In this document: positions 45,204 through 50,631 of the stretch, piece after piece
How the letters are laid out: each line of letters begins with the position of its first letter
Position numbering within the stretch: the first letter of the stretch is position 1
Source of the DNA: a virus
Direction: 5' to 3' (one strand)
Length of the DNA: 61,674 nucleotides
Virus record (IMG/VR): IMGVR_UViG_3300028549_000477
Made by a program: the position numbers and the translations under genes
Notes under the pieces: generated by a model
The model's database searches: none
Told to the model about the DNA's origin: nothing
What the model saw: only the letters and a program-made list of their open reading frames with translations

Positions 45204-45735
45204 TCCCGAGACAGGGCTCATCGCCTCCTTCATCTCAGAGAACGGCATGGAAGTCGTTGACCTGTTGACTTCCGTTCGGCACTACCTGGCCATTGAGGCA
45301 AAGGCTATCGGCAAGGATGTGCACGATTATGCCCAAGCCGAATGGGAACGCTCGGAGTTCTACTACGACGAGGATGTGGACAAAGAGCTTAGCACTTTCA
45401 TCTTCGTCTACAAGCCCGATGGCGCAGAGCGCAACGGTACCATCGAGTTTCGGGCAAAGGATGAGGAGGCGGCCTATGCCGAGTTTTGGCATTGGGCAGT
45501 GCCGCACATCGTTGCTGATCCGCAGGAAGACACGATCATTTCTGTGGAGCTGAAAGAGGCACCGGGAATGGAAGTGATTGTGGTGAAGTGCGATGAGACC
45601 GGCCTGTGGGACATCTACAACGAAGCCGGGCATTGCGTGGAAATGGATTTCCTTGGCCGACAGGCCGCAATCGATTACATCACAGACAACGGCCTTGTGC
45701 TCGTTGACGCATTCCACCTCAAGGAAGGGGCATAG
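45196..45735 (+). CDS. Hypothetical protein
   Basis: RBS GGGAGG. 179 aa. Confidence 0.55.
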   Translation: MRNPETGLIASFISENGMEVVDLLTSVRHYLAIEAKAIGKDVHDYAQAEWERSEFYYDEDVDKELSTFIFVYKPDGAERNGTIEFRAKDEEAAYAEFWHWAVPHIVADPQEDTIISVELKEAPGMEVIVVKCDETGLWDIYNEAGHCVEMDFLGRQAAIDYITDNGLVLVDAFHLKEGA

Positions 45736-45736
45736 A

Positions 45737-45886
45737 ATGAACCGAGACGACTTGAAACTCATCGGAGCAGTCGTTCTGCTCTTGGTGGTCATCGTCGCAG
45801 GGTCGTGGGGCGACCCGGATGCCGCGAAGCGCAACGCAGACACCTTCATCCAGACCTTCACAATCTCAACCATCTTAGCCAAGTAG
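45737..45886 (+). CDS. Small transmembrane protein (49 aa)
   Basis: LIGAVVLLLVVIVAGSW. The gene is flanked by identical 14-mers, GGGGCATAGAATGA. Confidence 0.45.
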   Translation: MNRDDLKLIGAVVLLLVVIVAGSWGDPDAAKRNADTFIQTFTISTILAK

Positions 45887-45896
45887 GGGGCATAGA

Positions 45897-46553
45897 ATGA
45901 TTTACGGAAAAGTAGAAGATGTGAGCAAGCGGTTCGCAGCGATGCCCGACCAAGAGGTAGTCGCGTACCAAGCATGGTTCGCACAGGATGTGATTGCACT
46001 TTCTGACGGCAAGCTCACCGAGGCACAGGCCGCCGATGTGCTCTACCACTTTGCGCGCATGGCCAACGAGGGCGCCGGAATGGACAGGGGCGCACTCCTG
46101 GCCGCCATTGAAGAGTGCTTCCCCGAGGGCAATGATCGCAAGTACCAAGCCTTTTGGCCGTTCATCAGCGCAGAGGACGAGGACTTCATTCAGTGGCTTC
46201 CGGCCCCGATGGATGAGTTCGGTAATAGCGCACTCTCTGTAAATGGGCTGGTCACGGACGAAGCATGGTCCGAGGAACAGGCCCGAGGATGGCTGACCTA
46301 CGAGGTTCACGCATGGAATTGCGACCTAGGGGGCGCACGGATTTTGCGCATGGAAGCTCCCACCTTGCACGATGCCGCGGTTATGGCGCAGTTGATGACC
46401 AGCTGGTCCAAGGACGGCAGCGCATTCCACGCCCTAGGGGTGGCGATGGTCAAGGTAGAGGGAGGGCATGATTTTCTTGCGGGGGCCGAGCTGAATGAGG
46501 TCAGTGGCTCGTTCACGCGAGATCCCATCGTCGTGCAGGATGAGCAGGACTAG
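45897..46553 (+). CDS. Hypothetical protein
   Basis: 218 aa. The start lies inside the second copy of the 14-mer. Confidence 0.55.
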   Translation: MIYGKVEDVSKRFAAMPDQEVVAYQAWFAQDVIALSDGKLTEAQAADVLYHFARMANEGAGMDRGALLAAIEECFPEGNDRKYQAFWPFISAEDEDFIQWLPAPMDEFGNSALSVNGLVTDEAWSEEQARGWLTYEVHAWNCDLGGARILRMEAPTLHDAAVMAQLMTSWSKDGSAFHALGVAMVKVEGGHDFLAGAELNEVSGSFTRDPIVVQDEQD

Positions 46554-46570
46554 CAGTGATTTCCGAATGT

Positions 46571-46625
46571 GCGCACGGAAATTTTGCGCACGAAAAATCG
46601 CGCATGAAAAAGAGGGCATGAAATG
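46571..46625 (+). repeat. Tandem 14-16-nt GCGCA(C/T)G-A-tract repeats
   Basis: Units are GCGCACGGAAATTTT, GCGCACGAAAAATC, GCGCATGAAAAAGAGG and GCATGAAATG. The last unit includes the start codon of the next gene. Confidence 0.6.
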
Positions 46626-46970
46626 TTCAAGACCGTTCTGTGGATTGATGCTGAGCCGTGGACCGAGCAACAGGTAGAATGGGCTGACCGGCTGAAAGGG
46701 GTGCTACGGATGCCCGCTGACACGCCCGATGCCGATCTGTTGGGTGGCGTGGTGCGGGGGAACTACCATTGGGCCGAGGTGCTAGGGCGAATGTGCAGGG
46801 AGAACAATGCACAGGCCGTCGTGGTACGGGCCGATGACTTGACTCCCCGCTTCTGTACTTGGATGTTTGCCCGGACCAAGAAGTTCTATGATGGCCAGCT
46901 TGGAATGGCTGCCGAGGTTTGGGTGGATGTGGGCCAGGGTGCCGGTTACGAGGTGGTCGGTCATCTCTGA
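46623..46970 (+). CDS. Hypothetical protein
   Basis: RBS AGAGGG. 115 aa. Confidence 0.5.
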   Translation: MFKTVLWIDAEPWTEQQVEWADRLKGVLRMPADTPDADLLGGVVRGNYHWAEVLGRMCRENNAQAVVVRADDLTPRFCTWMFARTKKFYDGQLGMAAEVWVDVGQGAGYEVVGHL

Positions 46971-47000
46971 GGAGTAGAGGGGTAGAGGTTGGTGATGAGC

Positions 47001-47026
47001 GGGCTCTCCTTCGGGGGAGCCCTTTT
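47001..47026 (+). terminator. Rho-independent terminator
   Basis: Stem GGGCTCTCC / GGGGAGCCC (9 bp, one G-U pair), loop TTCG, followed by TTTT. Confidence 0.75.
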
Positions 47027-47039
47027 CCATTCAGAGAGT

Positions 47040-47560
47040 TCGGATGGGTGGGGATGGGGTGGGTTTTAGAGCGGGTGCGGGTGATGGGGTTTTAGGGTGC
47101 GCGGGTGATGGGGCCAGGTTTGGCGGGGCCGATTGGGTGATGGGTGGTGGTGCGTGGGTTGGGGTGGTGATGCGTCGTGGGGGGTTTGAAGAATGCCCGG
47201 TGGGGTGGGGGTGGGCTGGCCATACGATGAGCGGCGGTGGTGGGGGAATGGGCGGGGTGGTGGGGTGGGGGTGGCTGAATGGTGGAAGGGTGGGGTGGGA
47301 AGGGTCATTGAATGAGGGTGAAGGGGGGAGAGGAAAAATGCCCCATAAGCCGGTTTTAGGCGCTCATACGATGGCTTGGTTTTGGCGCCTGAATGGGCCA
47401 GGGGGAGGGGGCCTGGGGATGCCCTGGCCGGTGGGCGATGGGGGAAAATCCAATGATGCCCCATTCCCCACTGAACCTGTGAACTATGGGGGGGGGGAGT
47501 GCTCTAATGGTAGGGAAGTGGCCCCCTTATATAGTGGGGGGAGTGGGGGACATTGTAAAC
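47040..47560 (+). other. G-rich, C-poor non-coding island with multiple G-quadruplex motifs
   Basis: Hand counts give 34 G and 4 C in 47041-47100, and 34 G and 7 C in 47101-47160. Four-run G4 motifs lie at 47046-47063, 47242-47271 and 47288-47304. A G10 run lies at 47488-47497. Confidence 0.85.
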
Positions 47561-47590
47561 TTCTTTTTACACAACTAATCAAAAAAAAGT

Positions 47591-47619
47591 TTGACCGATA
47601 CCGCTTTGAATGATAGATT
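47591..47619 (+). promoter_or_regulatory. Promoter P7
   Basis: TTGACC, 17-nt spacer, TAGATT. An A8 tract lies upstream. Confidence 0.6.
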
Positions 47620-47627
47620 GTGGTTGT

Positions 47628-47670
47628 GAGAGGTTAATAGTCGGCACCTCTCCACTACTCCAAGCCGACT
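47628..47670 (+). other. Possible H-type pseudoknot or alternative hairpins at the 5' end of the P7 transcript
   Basis: S1 is GAGAGGT (47628-34) with ACCTCTC (47646-52). S2 is AGTCGGC (47639-45) with GCCGACT (47664-70). The two stems are interleaved. Confidence 0.35.
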
Positions 47671-47694
47671 GAACCTAGAGTACGAGGTATCAAA

Positions 47695-48468
47695 ATGGCA
47701 AAGAACACCAAGACTGTGAACGCTAGCGAAGTTGAAGCGATTGTAGCCGCCCACGCCAAAGCGGTTGAGGCGAAGGTGGCCGAAGGGGGAGCGGTTGTTC
47801 TAGTGTCCGACTACAACCGTCCGGCTATCACTCCGGAGATTGTAGCGGAAGTGGAAAAGCTAGCTACTAGCTATGATGCGGAATTGGCCAAAGCAAAAGC
47901 CATTATTGCCAAAGCGGGTGAAGATTTCTTTGCCACTTTGGAAGCACACAAGACAAAGAACGAAGGGGGCAAGGCACTTGCCCAAAAGTTTGAACGAGCT
48001 AAGGTAATGCGGGACGGAAAAGAGGGGGAAGTAGCTTTGCCTTGCGCTTTGGAAGAGGTGGAGGTGGATGGGCTCTACTTTGGTTGTGTGGCCGTGGCCC
48101 CCCAAAATTGGGAAGTGGCCGTTGGTACTCGCTTCGCAGGGGGCGCACTCAAGGCGAAGGGGGGACAGGGAGTGCAAGCAATTGCCCAAGTGCTTTGGGA
48201 AGTGGCACGCAACAGCGATAAGGGAGCAATTGAAGTGTTGGGACACTTTGCGGCCCCCTCTAGCCGTGGGAGTGGTGCAAGTGCCGAAAAGGTCACCTTG
48301 ACAGCTAAGGTAGCCAAAGCAGAAGCCAAAGCCAACGAGCTAGAAGCACTCGGTGCTGAATTGGGTAATCTCGCTTTGGAACTGGCCACGGCCAAGGGGG
48401 AGAGGAAACAGGCTATCAAGGACCGGATTGTAACTATTCAGGCTCTCTTTGCTAAGGGTTCTAACTAG
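47695..48468 (+). CDS. Ala/Lys/Glu-rich hypothetical protein in a stand-alone transcription unit
   Basis: 257 aa with RBS GAGG. It has its own promoter (P7) and terminator. The C-terminus looks like a coiled coil (KAEAKANELEALGAELGNLALELATAKGERKQ). Confidence 0.65.
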   Translation: MAKNTKTVNASEVEAIVAAHAKAVEAKVAEGGAVVLVSDYNRPAITPEIVAEVEKLATSYDAELAKAKAIIAKAGEDFFATLEAHKTKNEGGKALAQKFERAKVMRDGKEGEVALPCALEEVEVDGLYFGCVAVAPQNWEVAVGTRFAGGALKAKGGQGVQAIAQVLWEVARNSDKGAIEVLGHFAAPSSRGSGASAEKVTLTAKVAKAEAKANELEALGAELGNLALELATAKGERKQAIKDRIVTIQALFAKGSN

Positions 48469-48479
48469 CTAGGATAGAG

Positions 48480-48514
48480 GGAGGGGGACCGATTGGTTCC
48501 CCTCCTTTCTTTCT
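48480..48514 (+). terminator. Rho-independent terminator
   Basis: Stem GGAGGGGGACC / GGTTCCCCTCC (11 bp, one G-U pair), loop GATT, followed by TTTCTTTCT. Confidence 0.65.
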
Positions 48515-48532
48515 GAAAAGGTCGGTTTGAAT

Positions 48533-48616
48533 ATGCTACTGCTCTGTTATTTGATCCTGCTAGTTGGTGCTCTCGGTCTCTGTCTTGTTCCCGGTAAAGC
48601 CCACGGAGGATTCTAA
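48533..48616 (+). CDS. Possible 27-aa hydrophobic peptide
   Basis: Hand-translated: MLLLCYLILLVGALGLCLVPGKAHGGF. The RBS is weak. It lies between terminators. Confidence 0.25.
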   Translation: MLLLCYLILLVGALGLCLVPGKAHGGF

Positions 48617-48617
48617 A

Positions 48618-48713
48618 ATGGTAAGAGGATTGTTTTTGATTTCCCTGTTCGGTGCTCCGGTTTATTGCGTACTACAATGGGGGATGATGCACGGTTTACG
48701 GCCTGTTTTCTAG
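48618..48713 (+). CDS. Possible 31-aa hydrophobic peptide
   Basis: Hand-translated: MVRGLFLISLFGAPVYCVLQWGMMHGLRPVF. GGAGG lies 8 nt upstream. Confidence 0.25.
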   Translation: MVRGLFLISLFGAPVYCVLQWGMMHGLRPVF

Positions 48714-48733
48714 TTGGTTGGTTGGTTGCGTGT

Positions 48734-48766
48734 TCCCCCTTCCCTAGTTGGGAAGGGGGATTTTTC
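48734..48766 (+). terminator. Rho-independent terminator
   Basis: Stem TCCCCCTTCCC / GGGAAGGGGGA (11 bp), loop TAGTT, followed by TTTTT. Confidence 0.75.
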
Positions 48767-48783
48767 ATTTTTGGAAAAGGGGG

Positions 48784-48808
48784 AAGGTACATTAGATGTA
48801 CCTTTTTT
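48784..48808 (+). terminator. Second, tandem terminator
   Basis: Stem AAGGTACAT / ATGTACCTT (9 bp), loop TAG, followed by TTTTTT. Confidence 0.7.
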
Positions 48809-48920
48809 GGGTTTTTTGATGGGTGAAAAAGGGTGAAAACAGGGAAGGGGGAATTTGGGTAGGTAAAAGTAATTTTACTTTTGATGGGTATAAGTCGTTG
48901 TAATATAAGGACTTACATCA

Positions 48921-48942
48921 TTATAATCAAAATTGATTATAA
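48921..48942. repeat. 22-bp palindrome TTATAATCAA-AA-TTGATTATAA
   Basis: Perfect 10-bp inverted arms. The same TTATAATCAA arm occurs in the 32-nt elements at 22696 and 49047. A TATAAT reads outward on both strands. Confidence 0.9.
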
Positions 48943-49046
48943 CAGGGAAAAAGGGGGAAAAGGGGGGAAATTATCGTCAAAGAAGTCATTAATGCCCAAA
49001 TTGGTGAATTTATCGTTTTCAAACTTCTATATACTAGATCGATGTT

Positions 49047-49078
49047 GTTATAATCAATTTTGATGTTGATAAGAAATA
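49047..49078 (+). repeat. AT-rich 32-nt element, copy C (30/32 identical to 22696-22727)
   Basis: GTTATAATCAATTTTGATGTTGATAAGAAATA. The extended -10 TGTTATAAT lies at 49046-49054. Confidence 0.85.
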
Positions 49079-49133
49079 GACTATACCTATTATAAAAGTC
49101 TGAAAACCAAGAAGCTAAATCGTTTGCGTGCAA

Positions 49134-49159
49134 TAGGTCGGACGACCTAATTATTTTTT
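49134..49159 (+). terminator. Weak hairpin plus T run (possible terminator)
   Basis: Stem TAGGTC / GACCTA (6 bp), loop GGAC, followed by ATTATTTTTT. Confidence 0.35.
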
Positions 49160-49229
49160 GTTGTTTACCTACTAACCAATTTCCCTACCCCCTCCAAAAA
49201 TCTTTTTTTGTTTGCACTACTAACCAATT
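49154..49229 (+). repeat. Direct repeat pair T6-7 GTT..CTACTAACCAATT
   Basis: CTACTAACCAATT occurs at 49169-49181 and 49217-49229. Each copy is preceded by a T-run-GTT(G)TTT stretch. Confidence 0.85.
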
Positions 49230-49256
49230 CTCAAAGGTGCCAAAAATCCCCATTCG

Positions 49257-49296
49257 TCCCCCTCTCCCCCTGTTGCCCCCTGTTTCCCCCTGTTCT
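49257..49296 (+). repeat. Helically phased C5 tandem repeats (CCCCCTGTTN x3, plus CCCCCTCT)
   Basis: CCCCCTGTT occurs at 49266, 49276 and 49286 (10-bp period). Another C5 run lies at 49258. Confidence 0.9.
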
Positions 49297-49548
49297 GTGC
49301 TAGGATAGCAGGGGAAGGGGCCTATTAGCCGATTAGAGGCCCCTAGAAGCTGTTTTTAGGGGGTAGGATTACACCGAGTGCTACAAAGGGGGGAAATCGT
49401 CTTGTAGGTACCTTAGAACCGATAATAGAGGGGGTGAATTTTCATCTTTTTACCCCTTGACAAATTGAAAAAAGAATGTAGTGGGGGGAGTGCGGAATGT
49501 AGCATTCCTCGGATTTTGGGCTGGGATAGTAGGGGCCACCTCCTCCAA

Positions 49549-49603
49549 ATTCAACGCATTTCTGAAAATCTTGAGGGGCCATTCAACGCATTTTTTGAAA
49601 TCT
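49549..49603 (+). repeat. Direct repeat pair ATTCAACGCATTT(C/TT)TGAAA(A)TCT
   Basis: Copies lie at 49549-49571 and 49581-49603, 32 bp apart. Confidence 0.85.
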
Positions 49604-49655
49604 CGACCCACTCATACGATGAACCATAAAAAATTCCACGAAAAATCCAGAAATC

Positions 49656-49735
49656 TGTCATAAAATGTGACATTCCTGGCAAAATGTGTCACTTTTTGTG
49701 ACGGTTTCATACATTATGTTACCTAGAATTAGGTA
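49656..49735. promoter_or_regulatory. Operator-like cluster upstream of the XRE-type gene
   Basis: TGTCA-N7-TGACA at 49656-49672. AAAATGTG occurs twice. GTGAC/GTCAC half-sites lie at 49667, 49688 and 49698. The palindrome TACCTA-GAAT-TAGGTA lies at 49720-49735. Confidence 0.45.
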
Positions 49736-49764
49736 GCTAGACTACATCCCGGCGTAAAAAACCC

Positions 49765-50631
49765 TTGGAGAAATGGCGAAAAAAGCGTACCTTGCCTCCA
49801 GCCCCCACCTCACCCCTTCACGGCCATCAAATGATCCTGAACGAACCCGAAAAGCGTAGACCTGGCCGTCCCCGGCGGGACACGACCATTCGAATTGACC
49901 CAAAAACGGGCCTAAAGCCCACTAGCACGCTGCATCAGCGGTGGATCAAGAACCGCCCATCCACCTTCGAACCATCTCCCGGCTCCCTCCCTTCACCATC
50001 CGCCTCCGCCGCCTCCCCCTCTTCTCAGAGAATGACCGCCAGCGGTCAATTGGGCAACTCGAACAAGATTTTCACGAGTCACGAGGCGCTCATTCCGAAG
50101 TACATCACCAACGCCCAAGAGGCGGTAAAGCTGCTAGAGCTCGTGCGGCATAAGATGGAGGTGTTCGGGATCACCCAGAGCGAGCTCAGCCGGTTCACCG
50201 GGGCTACCATCACGACCGTCGGGCGATGGCTTTCCGCCCGGGCGACCCCGAGTAGGGTGTACTGCGACCTGCTGCGCCGTTTTCTGGAAACGCCCATCTT
50301 GGATCGGAGCGATGTGGTAAGGGTGAGCTTTAGGTTGGTGGCCGAAATGCCCGAGGCCGGCACTCCCGAGTTCGAGGCGGCCATGCAGGATCTATTCCAT
50401 CGGAGCAGGACCGAGGCAGAGATGGAGCAGCTGCGCCGGGGGGCTCCCGCCCTGTTCTCTCAGCCGGTAGCAACTCGGAAGCGCCGCGCCCCCAAGGCAG
50501 ATGCCGGTCCCACCCCCATCGAGGACGATCTGGACGCCGAGCCATCGCTGGTGATCCGCTCGGCCGACAGCATTCCCGCGGATTTCAACGACGACTGGGA
50601 CCCCGAGCCCGGCGAGGAGACCTTCGAATGA
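49765..50631 (+). CDS. XRE/Cro-CI-type HTH DNA-binding protein with an AT-hook-like N-terminus
   Basis: HTH segment GITQSELSRFTGATITTVGRWLS and AT-hook-like RRPGRPRRD. The start is uncertain: TTG 49765 or ATG 49828. Confidence 0.6.
   Translation: MEKWRKKRTLPPAPTSPLHGHQMILNEPEKRRPGRPRRDTTIRIDPKTGLKPTSTLHQRWIKNRPSTFEPSPGSLPSPSASAASPSSQRMTASGQLGNSNKIFTSHEALIPKYITNAQEAVKLLELVRHKMEVFGITQSELSRFTGATITTVGRWLSARATPSRVYCDLLRRFLETPILDRSDVVRVSFRLVAEMPEAGTPEFEAAMQDLFHRSRTEAEMEQLRRGAPALFSQPVATRKRRAPKADAGPTPIEDDLDAEPSLVIRSADSIPADFNDDWDPEPGEETFE

Noticed and set aside
47044-47613. 189-aa + strand ORF (Gly/Trp/Val-rich) and the 132-aa - strand ORF 47066..47464 (Pro/His-rich) inside the G-rich island.
   Set aside because: Both are low-complexity translations that simply mirror the G/C skew. 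Neither has an RBS. The region lies between a terminator and a promoter. I treat it as non-coding.
48881-49133. ORFs 48881..49063 (+) and 48927..49133 (-) in the AT-rich region. Both contain KIDYN.
   Set aside because: The shared peptide is an artefact of translating the palindromic TTATAATCAA elements. The composition is AT-rich and low in complexity, and there is no RBS.
49257-49296. A CRISPR array or mini-array, considered for this and the other tandem repeats (46571-46625 and 43626-43711).
   Set aside because: The repeat units are 10-25 nt. Spacers are either absent or of the wrong size, there are only 2-4 copies, and there are no cas genes.
49481-49663. 60-aa GTG-initiated ORF in the repeat-rich region.
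   Set aside because: Its sequence is dictated by the ATTCAACGCATTT direct repeats (FNAFLKI and STHFLKS). It has no RBS and a non-ATG start.
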